Position numbers and translations under genes: made by a program. A DNA stretch of 64,000 nt from Octopus sinensis (Eukaryota): contig NC_042998.1 in assembly GCF_006345805.1 (NCBI RefSeq), positions 159,340,001 through 159,404,000 of the forward strand. The letters run 5' to 3'. The first letter of the stretch is position 1, and each line of letters starts with the position of its first letter. Under the pieces are notes generated by a model that saw nothing but the letters and a program-made list of their open reading frames with translations, had not been told where the DNA came from and searched no databases. Shown here piece after piece: positions 27,270-40,436 of the stretch.

Positions 27270-27487
27270 AAGGTGGCGAAATAGCGGAATCGTTAGCACG
27301 CCGGGTAAAATACTTATCGGCATTTCGTCCATCTTTATAGTCTGAATTCAAATTCCGCCGAGGTTGATTTTGCTTTTCATCCTTTCGAAGTCGATTAAAT
27401 AAGTACTAGTTGAGCAGTGGAGTCGATGTAATCGACTAGCCTCCTTCTTCAAAATTTCTGGCATTATACCAAAATTTGAAGCCAATA
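27270..27487 (+). mobile_element. SINE family A
   Basis: Family A head, body and 3' end. Confidence 0.88.
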
Positions 27488-27589
27488 TTTACAAGTCTGG
27501 TGTGAATCGGAGAAGTGCAGTATTTTGTATTGTGTATGTGTACATAAATATGACTCGCAAAAATCATTAAGAGACCTCTCCCAGTTGTA

Positions 27590-28020
27590 GCCGTTAAGAC
27601 CCTGAAGTTTGCCCACTTGACCAGGTGTGTATGATAAACTCTGTCATATACGAGACTGAATTAACAGCTACGCTCCAAGATAAATCAACTGAAAAGAAGA
27701 ATTACATCGGGTTATGTGAGAGCAAATTCAAGAGATGTTATGCAAACCACCTATTTTCTTTACGGCACATTGATAAAAGTAATGCAACTAAGTTGGCTAA
27801 CCACGTATAGAATTTGAAGAGCAGCTCCGTACCACATACAACTAAGTGGAAAATAGTGGAGAAATCCAAACTATGTGCTAATGGATCTAAGAAATGTAAT
27901 TTACGCGTACACGAAAGATTTCATATTCTTCTTAGATCCAACAATTCTAACACACTGCTTAATTCGAGAGCTGAAATTTTTAGCAGGTATAGACACATAG
28001 ACAGGTTTCTTTTATTGATT
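27590..28020 (+). mobile_element. Penelope-like GIY-YIG endonuclease remnant
   Basis: CPLDQVCMINSVIY..NYIGLCESKFKRCYANH..TKLANHV*..W.I..CNL..ER..LLNSRAE..RH. Confidence 0.85.
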
Positions 28021-28544
28021 AAATTGCTGTCGCGTAGACTTCGACATATTTTCTGTTATTTTGTTCTAAACCAGTTGTATTTAATGAGCTTTCTGCAATC
28101 GGGGAGGTAGAGGATTTTTGTTTTTTTGATTTCGTTCCTTTTTTCTTGTTCCATTTTTTGACCCAACCTTCTTCACGGTTTTTTTTTCTTATTGTCCAGC
28201 GTCCTTGTTTTTAAAAAATATAAATAACGCATAAACAGAGCCTGAAAGATTGCTTTAAGATACATGGTGTATTTTATAAATATGTCTATTCAATATCATA
28301 ATAGCATGAAACTCCATTGGGAATTGTCAACTGTATTCTAGATAATGGTGATAATTCCAAATAGTTGAAAGCTACACACTACACAAAGTCTTCTAAATAT
28401 AAGTAACTACATCACCTTTCTTTTTTTTCTTGACCCCCCGCTGTTCCTTCTGCTACCTTCTAAATTATAGTAGGCTTAACAACGTATGCATTATTTTCTA
28501 AACTCGTTCTGCCATAGTTATAACAGAAAGAAACAAAGTAAATA

Positions 28545-29467
28545 GGATCTTTTCATTTTGAAGGCCAGATTTTCCTAGTTAACTAAACAATTTGAAACTT
28601 CGTATACTGGTAGAATATGTCAAAAGAAAACATTATTGTAAACAAAACTGAAAACAAAATTGTAATTCGTAACTTAAACGTAGTTTAATTTTAAGAATTT
28701 TAACCAATGAAATCGTAGCATTCGAGCTCAAATTATTTACCTCTTCTTCTGTCTTCTACATGTGCTAGAAATAACAGCTATATCTCTTAAATCGATTAAT
28801 TTCGTCGCCCAATAAAAATATTAACGATATTTTTTGAATATTTTCTTTTCTTTTTTTACCGAAAAGGCTTCTCCCATGGTTTTGAAGGGCCAGAAACAAC
28901 AAAAACAAAACAATAATATGCCTAAATCGGTCTCGAGTTTGCGCGTGGAGTGTGAGTAGTATTGTAAAATTTTGCGAAATATTTTTTCATAAAAGGATGC
29001 CCCCAGCTTGTCGGAAGCTGTGATATAAATTAGGAAAAAGATCCTCGACACCAGTGCGTAATTGGTACTTAATTTATCAACCCCGAAACGATGAAATATT
29101 GACCCCCCACCCCTTCTGGTTTATTTACCTTTTGTGCAAATTTGTTGCGGCAAGTGGCAAAACACGAACGTGTAATGTATGCTTGTGTGCGTATGTGTGT
29201 GTACGCTTATATATTAATTACGATGTGTTTGTGCAAATGTATATGCATGTGTTTGAGAGAGAGAGAGAGTGTGTGTGTGTGTGTGTGTGTCGTTTGTATG
29301 TGTGCGTACGCTTATATATTAATTACTATGTGCCTGTGCAAATGTATATGCATGTATTTGAGGGTGAGTGTGTGTGTGTGTGTCGTTTGTATGTGTGTGT
29401 ACGCTTATATATTAATTACTATGTGCTTGTGCAAATGTATATGCATGTGTTTGAGAGAGAGAGAGAG

Positions 29468-29514
<47 letters not shown>

Positions 29515-29786
29515 TGTGTGTGTGTGTGTGTGTGTCGTGCGTCTGCTATATTTCTTTATCAATATCGATAACGCAGCAATGCTGGGATTTCATTGGTTAA
29601 AATTCGAAGATGTTGGGATTTCATTGGTTAAAATTCTTAAAATTAAACTACGTTTAAGTTACGAATTACAATTTTGTTTTCAATTTTGTTTACAATAATG
29701 TTTTCTTTTGACACATTCTACCAGTATACGAAGTTTCAAATTGTCTAGTTAACTAGGAAAATCTGGCCTTCAAAATGAAAAGATCC
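28545..29786. mobile_element. Merlin-like non-autonomous DNA element, 170-bp TIRs
   Basis: TIRs 28545-28714 and 29617-29786 begin GGATCTTTTCATTTTGAAGGCCAG; 8-bp flanks reappear inverted nearby; superfamily inferred from GG ends and 8-bp TSD. Confidence 0.8.
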
Positions 29787-29944
29787 TGATGATGTCAAAG
29801 TAACACACGTGTAGTCCCAACCGAGCGAGGCCGTGTTATGTGTGTGTGTAAGAAAAAAGACACCTAAAAATGACGCATGTAATATTAAATATGCTAAGAT
29901 AATCTGAAAACAATAGAAACTTTTAAACGTTTACCGGTTTTTAT

Positions 29945-30092
29945 GAAATTTTTGGCTTAACGGACTAGAGTTAACGGAAGTTAATTAGTCCGATAATAAT
30001 TTTCGAAGTTAGCTTAAAAGTTAAATCGTTAACGAAATTGTTAACTTCGTTAATTAATGATTAACAGATTAACGGACTTACACGCAGCTCTG
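29945..30092 (-). mobile_element. Probable hAT-type transposon end with TTAAC(G) subterminal repeats
   Basis: Dense TTAAC/GTTAA motifs ending at CAGAGCTGCG (minus strand); partner end absent. Confidence 0.4.
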
Positions 30093-30329
30093 TATATATA
30101 TATATATATAACAATTGCAGCGTGGAAGGTGTTTATAAGCCATTTAAGCGCGAAAATCTGAGTAACAGTTTTCGTGATACTTTTGCTGCTTTTTAATAAA
30201 GTATATATATATATTTATGCATATACATATACATACACATGCACACACATATACATACATACACACATATACAAACACACATACACGCATATAGAATATG
30301 AATAAGTAACAAAGATGTACATGTGTCAA

Positions 30330-30416
30330 TTCATTACGGCCGTTTCAAGCGGCTCCGCTTAATTAATTAATGAAATCAATACATCAGTTTCAAAGAAACC
30401 GTTCTCATCAGATGAA
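30330..30416 (-). ncRNA. Type I hammerhead ribozyme fold, canonical core
   Basis: TTCAT-CTGATGA-GAACGG..46 nt..CCGCTT-GAAA-CGGCCG-T-A-ATGAA. Confidence 0.65.
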
Positions 30417-30492
30417 AGCATAGACTTCAAACATAAAGGATAAACCATTTTTTAACAAATTTACATCGATATTGGAAACCAAAATATTTACT

Positions 30493-30530
30493 GTAACTAG
30501 GAAAATCTGGCCTTCAAAATGAAAAGATCC
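30493..30530. mobile_element. 38-bp solo terminal fragment of the Merlin-like element
   Basis: TAACTAGGAAAATCTGGCCTTCAAAATGAAAAGATCC identical to the end at 29786. Confidence 0.9.
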
Positions 30531-32019
30531 CATCATCATTCCATAAAATTTGTTTATGGGGAGAAAAATATTGAAAAATATCAATAGATGTGTGAGTGAG
30601 ACGAGGAGGGGGGTTTGGGGATGTGCTAGAAACAACAGCCAGATTTCCCTTAAATCACATATTTTCCTTTGAAATTCTTAACATTTTTTTAACGCTGAAA
30701 ATGTTTCTCTCACGGGTTTTAAGTGCATAATGAAAAAAAAATTACCAAAATTGTTTCGGACTGCGGTGGTGAGGGGATTGCAGGAGTGAAAGAAAATAAA
30801 TTTTCAAAATTTTTTGTTTTCTTTTTTCATAAAAAGATGCCTCTCATCATTTTGAAGACTCTGGAGAAAAACATTGGAAAAAATACCCGTCAAGACGGAG
30901 AAATTCCAACTTATGTGAGCCGACTGATCCGAAAATCTGTTTTCCAGAAAATCCCCCTCCATTTCCAAAGCTTTTACCTACAAATTTCTTTCTAATCGTA
31001 ACCTACACCGTTTGAAAGGTATTTGAATAAAATTTCATTAAAAAATACCTATTTTTAGAAAGTTATCAGGAGGAAAATGTCGGGTCCTGTGAATTTTCCG
31101 GTATTTTAGCGCGCCAGAACCAAGGCTTTTAAAAAATAACTCCAAGTGTAATTGGTAGAACTGTATACATATTCAATCTCATGCAGTGTATAGTTTTTCA
31201 AATTATATTTGCAATGACGATCATACTGAAGTACTACGGACAATTACGTAAATAATTTCGTAAGTGTTAATAGCGAAACTAGTTTATGATTAATCTATAT
31301 TTTTGTTTCTTTTCATTTGTCTTGCTCGCTTACGTTCTGGTGTTTGCTAAATTTTCTTGAGGACATTCTTTTCTTAGTGGTAAGACCATAGCGGATCTAC
31401 TTGTAGCATAATAGATATTCACGTAGTGGTCAGCCTTTTATATGTATGTAATATAATTTTTCTGAATCTTCTGAATATATATATCTCGTCAAACAGCTGC
31501 ATTAACAATAACAACCCTCAAGAGGACAGTATCAATGAACACACAAACACAAAAAAATACAGGAACAACTTTAGACTATGGGTCAAGGGCAGCACCAGCA
31601 ACAATGGAGGGGGGGATGCGAGATTTGGAAAGGCCAACATAACAGAGACTAACGCCGCGAGGAACAACGATAATGGTAACAACAACAATAACAACGACAA
31701 TGATAGAGAAGAACGATACAAAAAAAATACAAACTTAGGGGCCAGAATAGCAATAGTAGGAACAGCGAAGAGATAGGAACAGAGTAGCCATAGTAGGAAC
31801 AGATGGATCGGGAGATAACAGTAATAAGATTAACGGTGGGGATGGTAATAACAGTAACAACGACAACTATAACAAGAATAACGACAATAATGGTAACAAC
31901 TATGTCAATATGCAAACCAATACAAACATTACTGACAACAACAATACACATTGAAATACCACCACCACTATCACTACCACCAATAACAACAACGACAAAC
32001 ACAACAAGGAGGCGGTAAC

Positions 32020-32445
32020 CAGAGAAATGATATACCAGACCGTAGTACAACGGATATAAATGACACCAACCCTTTGCAGACCCTATTCTTCAATCTATGG
32101 GATAAATCATACGATATGAGCCGTATTTATCCGACAACCCTACCCTTCAACAAAAGAGTTTGCATCCCTCAACAGACAAACGATGAAATGCAAGCACGAT
32201 TCAACATAGCCAGTACTAAACTGATTTTATAACAATACACTAGAAGACGGAGTGGTAAAGTGGCACAGCAATCCGACAAGAAGTCTGCAAGTGACCTGCG
32301 CAAGCTCATACAGCGCACAAGAAATAAGGAAGTCGTGTGCTTCCGCACGGACAAGTCTGGCAGAATATCGGTACACAGCCTGCCGAATATTCAGGCGATA
32401 CAACTTCACATCACCAATATGAGGGAAACAACCATACGGGAGTAT

Positions 32446-32479
<34 letters not shown>

Positions 32480-34350
32480 TCAATGCTCATGTGAGGATGT
32501 GGTCAAACATCCTAGGGGCAAAGAAGCGCACGGCCAACAACTTCCAGGCCGCCAACAACGACATCTCGGCACTGCATCGACTGCGCAAGTACCATAAGAC
32601 GTACACCGACCTAGTGACAGGACCATTGGATCTCTTACTTCCTCTCAATATCATACGCACCCTGATAAAAATGTCCCCAGATGTGTGTGACAACACAGAG
32701 GAGCTCCTCAGTAGAATCAATGAGTGCAACCATGCCTACAACCTGACAGGATGCATAATTGGCAGTATGGATGTAGTGTCCCTATACCCATCAATTGATG
32801 TTGATTTTGCTGGAGAGAAATGTGTGGAGGTGATCAGCGAGAGTGATGTGGAGTTCCATGGTGTAGGACTCCTCCTCAGACTGACATGCAACAATGAGTA
32901 CTTAGATAAACATGACCTTAGTTGTTTCTGCCTCACTAGATCGATAAGAGGTAGACCCCACCCCACACTATAATTTCTATAGCCAAGAAGACCACAAAGA
33001 GAGATGAAACCAGAGCTATACGCACCCCCGAAAATAATGATCAGGTTAAAAAGATAGTCGCACATGCGGCGGGTGCGAGTACCAAGACCACACTCAAGGG
33101 CCATATATTTAAGTTAAATAACAAGATATAAACCCAAAAGGAAGGTGCAGCCATCGGTGTCAGTATAGCTGGCGATGTGGCTAACCTATTTATGGTATGG
33201 TGGGATAGGAGACTTAAAGAGAAATAAGCAGAGATCTCCATAAACCTAACCATGTACTCTCGCTACGTGGATGATATCAATATAGTAGCCGGAGCACCCT
33301 TACAAGGCAATGCTGATGATCTAGAAGCTAACATTATGGAGAGTATCCAGCAAATAGCTAACTCTATCCACCAGAGTAAGAAATAACGATAGACTACCCT
33401 AATAAGCACCCTAACTATAGATTACTCATTTTAGTTACTGAACTCTGGCTAGAAACGAAGAACGGTAAGGTCCAGATCCTTCATTCAAATTATGCCAAAC
33501 CCATGTCCTCTAAGTACCTTGTTCACAAGGACACATCGATTGCAGACAACACCAGCTTCAACATTCTGATAGCTGACTTGGTGAGAGTGATGAGGAATGT
33601 GTCTTGCATTTGAGATCCTATGGAATTGGAAAGACACTTCATTCACAGCTTGCAGTTCTTTGGCTACAACCAAAGGGACAGGATAAAAGTGTACAAAGGA
33701 GCCAGGACTAAGTACAAAGCCATCATAGAGGATGATGCTAAGGGGATCTATCCGCTGTACAGGAGCAAATCCTGGAACAGCAAAGAAAGGGCCGGTAATA
33801 ATGTAAATAAGGCCAACACTTGGTATGACAACAGAAAATATCAGTGTCCTGTTCGTTGATGCAACCCCTGGCAGCGACCTAGCACATCTTTTTAGAAAAC
33901 CCTTAAAGAAGGCTAATATAGGAATTAAAGTAGTGGAGAGGACTGGTCCTCCTTTAAAATCCCTAATTTGCAATACCTATCCCTTTGATAAGTCCCCGCT
34001 GTACGGAGTGCAACTATGTTGTATGTAGGATGGACCCACGGATTAACTGTAAGGTTAGGAATGTAGTGTATAAGCTTACGATGTACTGAGGGACGGTGCA
34101 GAAACATGGCAACTGCCTACATAGGAGAGACTACGTATAGGTGAATATTGGCGAGAGCTCAAAGAAGGGAAAAGCTTGTCAGCTTGTCAGTGCTCTGCCA
34201 ACATACTCAGGCAGGATATGGAGGCTCGATTAATAAACATAGAGGTTAAAGTACTATCGACATAGAACTGACACGACGCTTAGATTACAGAAGCTATACA
34301 CATAACAGTAGACAGACCGAACCTCAATAGAAAACATGAATGGAACAGTA
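32020..34350 (+). mobile_element. Near-full-length decayed Penelope-like retroelement (RT and GIY-YIG)
   Basis: TDKSGR, IGSMDVVSLYPSID, GAAIGVSIAGDVANLFM, YSRYVDDINI, NVVYK..YIGETT, ITEAIHITVDRPNLNRKHEW in order; frameshifts and stops. Confidence 0.9.
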
Positions 34351-35381
34351 ACACCCACCACCACACCACATTACTAAAGACAGTAGGGATGTGAAGAGAG
34401 AGGAATAATAAAAATAAAACGTAAATAATGCGCAGATACATACAGAGTAATACACACACAATAGACATATATGCACTTAACTGTGATACGTATGAGAAAC
34501 AGAGATAGATGCATGAAAAATAGATAGAAAAATAAATAAATAAGTAAATAAATAAATATATAAATATATCTGCTACATAAATGTAAGACAGAGATAGATA
34601 AAATAAATAAATAAAACTATATAAAGGCTATGGATACATACGAAGCGAACCCATGCACACACAATCACACAAACATGAAATCTCATGGACAGCCATATGC
34701 TGTCAACAACACAACTAACATAGTCAGCAGCAGCAGCAGCAGCGGCGGAGGCAGCGGTGCCGACGAAGGCAATAACAACAACTACCACAATGGCAACACT
34801 GTGGACGAACACAGATACACAAAGGAATACAGGAACTGTACCTTACTTTCAGTTCTCGGGTCTTAGGACAGCAGCAGCAGCACAATGGGGTAAGAGGCTG
34901 GGACTGAGGGGAATGCCACACTGTTGCCAAAACCTATGAAACACACAAGCATACACACACACACACACACACACACACATATGCAGGCGCGCGCGCACAC
35001 ACATACACAGACATATACACACAAAAGCGCATAAAGATACACGTCTTAGAAGACAGAATGGAGTGAATGGAACAAGAACACACAGAGAAACGAAAAGTGT
35101 CGCTGAAGAAGTCACAGATGTGTGACGAAAGATTTCCAGACAAGCGTTAAAATAATAAAATAAGAACAGTATTATAAGAGTGAAGAAAAAAATATATAGT
35201 GCTTGTGTTTATTTGGTAATAATAAATAAAATGACCGTCCCGAAGTACAGCAATATATATACATACACATATAATACGCATACACACACATATACAGATA
35301 TATACAGACACACACATATGTGTATGCGCGCGCGTGTGTGTGTGTGTGTGTGTCTATGTGTGTGCGCGCGTGTGTAGGTGC

Positions 35382-35760
35382 GTAGGCACAGGTGAGGCTA
35401 CGTGGTAAGAAGTTTGCTTCCCAACCACATGGTTCCGGGTTCAGTTTCACTGCGTAGCACCTTGGGCAACAGACCGACCAAAGCCTACTGAGTGGATTTA
35501 GTTGAAGGAAACTGAAAGAAGCCTGTCGTGTTGGGGGGGGGGGGGGTGAGTCTTTAAGTCCGTGTTTGTCCTACGCCACCGCTTGACAACCGGTATTGGT
35601 ATGTTTACGCCCCCGTATCTTAACGGTTCAGTGAAAGAGTCCGATAAAACAAGTACTAGGATTCAAAAAAATTACATCCTGGAGTCGATTTGTTTGACTA
35701 AAATTCTTCTAGGCAATGTTCCAGCATGGTCGCAGTCTAATGGCTGAAACATGAAAAATA
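35382..35760 (+). mobile_element. SINE family B
   Basis: Family B head and 3' end; internal poly-G. Confidence 0.85.
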
Positions 35761-36099
35761 CACGCACACACATACACACACACATATACACATTCACACA
35801 TATACAGACGTATATGTGCGATATTTTTCTATCTTTTATAATTTCAGTTAACCTGGACAACGCCAGTCTAGAGAACCATTTTTAATGGGTTTATTTTAGT
35901 CGTTTATATGGACACCACTACCTTGTCAGGTACTATTTTATCGATCTCTCGACAATAGAAAGACAAGCCGACTGTTTGATATAAAGGAAGTTATATATCA
36001 GTCGGACATGTATACTTCACGTTGTTGGTCTTTGATGTGCGATTTTTACTCCCTCCTTACTCATATAAACACACATACGTATCTATACATCTATTTGTG

Positions 36100-36435
36100 T
36101 GTCTGTGCGCGCGCGCGTATGTATGAGTGTGTGCTTTGGTACTTATTTACACATACACACGCATACGCACGCACACACATGCATGCATGCATGTATGTAT
36201 GTATGTATGTATGTATCTATGTATGTATGTATGTATGTATGTATGTATGTATGTATGCCTGCATGCAGGCAAGCATGCATGTACTTATGTACTTATGTAT
36301 GTATGTATGTATGTATGTATGTATGTATGTATGTATGCATGTATGTATGTATGTATGTGTGTATGTATGTATGCGTGTATGTATGTGTGTATGTATGTTT
36401 GTGTGTATGTATGTATTTCTGCATGTATGTATGTG
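36100..36435. repeat. (TATG)n compound array
   Basis: Direct inspection. Confidence 0.95.
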
Positions 36436-37226
36436 TAAAGCGAAATGCCGGGCTCGCCAGAACATCTGATAGAATGCTTTGCGGTGATTGTCCTGGCTTT
36501 CTGTACTGTGTAAACAAATTCTTCTCTGCCTTTCATCCTTTCGGTATCGATAAATAAAGTATCAATCAAATTTGGGGTTAGATTCCTCTCTCACTTTCTC
36601 TTTCCTCTTCTTTCTTTTTCTCTCATATCTTCTCCCTCTCTCCCTCCCTCCCTCTCTTTTTCTCTCTTAGATTTGGCTACGTATAAATTTTATGTAAAAA
36701 TATTCAGTAATTATATAATGGCAGAAAAAGGAAAAATTTTGAATGGAACTGCAAGAATCAACATAGAAAACTATATGAAATAAAAGGGATTTTAAAAAAT
36801 CTTGTAAAGATTACATCAGAAATTAAACTCTTCAAATAAATCATTTTCTCACTGCCAAGTGAAGATTATCTCAGATTTTCTGTTCAGCATATTAAATATG
36901 TGCATTACGATATTAAATTTTCCAACGAATATAAAGGATATTGTAAAACCATTTATATAAAGAGACCCATTTATATAAAGAGACCAAGAGACTAGATTAT
37001 TTTAATATTTTCAATATTTTATCCTTTAGACTTCAGGCATATAGAGAAAGTGAAGTTACATTAAGTTTCTCTGGTTATCTGAAAGAGTAGGTACATTGAA
37101 TGTTTTAATTTTTTAGATTTTTCCATAATAATTATTTTTCACTTTTTTTTTCTTAATTCTCTGCTATCTTTACAAGAGAAACTGTATCGCAATATATCAA
37201 GGCCTTGTTAAGTTACTTACTATTGC

Positions 37227-37843
37227 TTTCTAATTTTCGCACAAGCCTGGTGTGTTTGGGGGAGGAGGTAAGTTGGATCTTTTCGGTTTGAACGGCAGTT
37301 TTTTTCTAGCGGTGTTATATGAAATTGTCACCCATAATTATGACCCTAGTATCGATCTATTGCATTTCAATCTGTTTAAGGGTTAGGGTTAGTTAGGGTT
37401 AGTTGGGGTTAGGGTTAGGGGTGGGGGGAAGGGTATCTTGTTTCTTCAGAAATGTAAATAAGCCCAATCTGTTTCTTAAACGAGGGACATATTCATGCGG
37501 CACAGAATTGTTTCACCTCAATAGACGTCATTGATTGGTTGAAATTGCAGAAATTGAAGAAAAAAACAACAAATATCTTTCAAACTATAGAATTTTCTCA
37601 ATAAAGCCAAGAGAAAAAGATGTTCTATAAACACATTCTACCAGTATACGAAGTTTAAAAGTGTTTAGTTACGTGGAAATTATTTTAAAAAACTGCCGTT
37701 CAAACCGAAAAGATCCGGTAAGTCAATAACATCGACTCCACTTTTCTAAGTCGACCTCGGCAGAATTCGAACTCTGGACCTAAAGACGGATAAAATGCCG
37801 CTAAGCATTTTGCCCGGAGTGCTAACGATTCTGCCAGCTCGCT
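37227..37843 (-). mobile_element. SINE family A split by a MITE
   Basis: 3' part 37227-37274 and 5' part 37717-37843 rejoin across the MITE. Confidence 0.8.
37275..37716. mobile_element. Merlin-like MITE, 29-bp perfect TIR, 8-bp TSD
   Basis: TIR GGATCTTTTCGGTTTGAACGGCAGTTTTT; TSD GGTAAGTT/GGTAAGTC; shares ACATTCTACCAGTATACGAAGTTT with the 28545 element. Confidence 0.9.
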
Positions 37844-37877
37844 GTCTCTAAGGTACTTATTGTTAAGAAGACAAAGC

Positions 37878-38100
37878 AATGCAGCCAACTGGCAGAATTG
37901 TTACCGCCCTCGACAAAATTCTACGCGGCGTTTCTTCCATCAGGTTTACGTTATGAGTTCAAATTCCACCGATGTCAATTTTGCCTTTTATCCTTTCGGG
38001 TTCGATAAAATAACTACCAGACCAGCATTGTAGTCGAAATAATCGACTACATCCCCCACTCACATAATTTCAAGTTTCACGCTTTTGGTAGAAAGAATTA
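37878..38100 (+). mobile_element. SINE family A, diverged
   Basis: GAGTTCAAATTCC B box and family body. Confidence 0.75.
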
Positions 38101-39199
38101 AGAAGGCAAAGTGTAATACTATTGCAATGACAACGAAGTAAACAACTTTTGCTTATATATTGTTAGACTTCTCCAATTCAGTGTTTTGGGTAGACCAACA
38201 TCTGATCTTTACATTACTTTTATTAAAGATTGTCCGATATTTATGATTTATTGGGAAGTAATTCTGGTATTGAATTTAGAGAAGTTTTTACATTATTGAG
38301 AATGACATTCAAGCTGAAATATGGATCGCACTCTATAATATTTATAACCGATTTAACTATATATTTATTTATTGTACGTCTACTGCTAGTTTTCTCTTCT
38401 TCATTACAGACTAGCATTTATTTTAAACCTTATTCAAAATGAATCTTTATAATACAGTTTCCTGTTGCCCTCGTACTAGCTGCTTGACAAGTAGAGACGC
38501 AAAATTTTGAATAGCAAAGAAAGGAAGCCTCAGTTCCATATGTAATGTGTGGGTGGGGATTTTGAATGTGTGAGGGTGTATGTATGCATGTACATATTTC
38601 TTTATTCGTAAGAAACCAGTCAGTTGTTTGACCTTTCATTATCAAAGATATCCATCATTTTTGCGTCTTTCCTATTGATTTCAGAAAGTGACTAAATAAA
38701 AGTTTTAGCATTCATTGTTTTCACATGAACACTGGGAGTGTAAACTAAAATAACTGCATCCTAGGAATAGAAACTGGGCCACAGCACCGAGCTAGACACT
38801 TAATATCTATTCTATATAACTTCTTATAACCACACAGACATGTGTGAGTGTAATACAGATGTACGCACACAAACACAGATAGATACATAAATAGTTAAAC
38901 ATACAGCCAGACAGATTGATATATAGATATGTCTTATATCGATAGGTAAATATGGTGCATATGCAAATATGTACGAGCAAAAACTTGAACGCATGAACAT
39001 CATTTAACGTTTTTAAATATCCAAACATATATAAAGTTTTACAGACACATATACACATTAAATGAAGTGATGTACATGTACACATATTTATGCATCCAAC
39101 ATGCATGAAATGTATAGATATATGAATAGATAAATAAAATGCAAGTATCTTAACTAATTATTACCTAATATATGAATGATTACACATTTACACATATGT

Positions 39200-39255
39200 A
39201 AACAGACAGACAGACAGACAGACAGACCGACAGACAGACAGACAGACAGACAGAC

Positions 39256-39348
<93 letters not shown>
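39200..39348. repeat. (GACA)n(GATA)n
   Basis: Direct inspection. Confidence 0.97.
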
Positions 39349-40048
39349 CTCGTGTAGAAATGTACACAAGAATTCGTGTTTAACATTTAATTAAACATAT
39401 TCAAATAATTTCTATTACGGTGATAATTATGTGTAAATATCGTAAATGTCCCAATTTATCTCAATTCCTTTTAATCCCTATCTTCTTGATTCTTATCCTT
39501 TCCTTTCATCCTTCCTTCCCTTCTTTTCATAAGTATCATTAATTCTTCTCTTGTCTTGCCTCCAACATGATTTGATCACATTTCTTCTTCATCACTTCAA
39601 AGCTTGTTAATTTAATATTTTCAAATTTAATTTAGAAGCAAGAAGAAAAAAAATAACTCCAAGAGATAAAAGATGAAAAATCGAATGCAAAGGAAAGCTA
39701 ACGATACAAGTAAGAAAATAAATGATGCAAAGGTGTGAAAATAGAAGTAAAATTAGGAATGAAGGAATCACAAAAATATGGAAATTATACAGGAATCCAA
39801 AGAGAATGCAACGGAAAATATACAAGCGTTCTCACAGACGTGAAGAGCGTCATACAACTATTCGTAGAAATGGAATATTTCGTACTCATAGCATTCAAAC
39901 ATCAAATCGCTCGGAAAAGTTAAGACTTCATAACAGTACTAGCCCTTCTGTCAACACACACACACACATATATTTATATACTTACTTGGAAATGGATGCG
40001 TGGCGTTCAATTAAATAAAATATGGTATATGTATATATATGTATATAA

Positions 40049-40106
<58 letters not shown>

Positions 40107-40157
40107 GTATGTATGTATGTACGTATGTATATATGTATATATCTATCTATCTATCTA

Positions 40158-40193
<36 letters not shown>

Positions 40194-40436
40194 AGATAAG
40201 AAAATGGAGAAATACATCTAAATCAAATATCAATTACCAGATAATACTCAATCACATACTTTATTAAACCACCACATAAGAGACTGTAGGGTTAAACATA
40301 AAAAAGCAGAACAAATCAGTGTACATAAAGGAATGTACATAAAAAAGTGTACATAAAAGAGTGATGTTGTATAATAAGTAGAATATATATAAAAAAAAGA
40401 ATATACATATAAGTAAATATAAATATAAGTATAGAT

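Noticed and set aside
33485-33973. 162-aa minus ORF (also 32736-33104 and 42376-42636)
   Set aside because: Antisense shadows of PLE coding sequence
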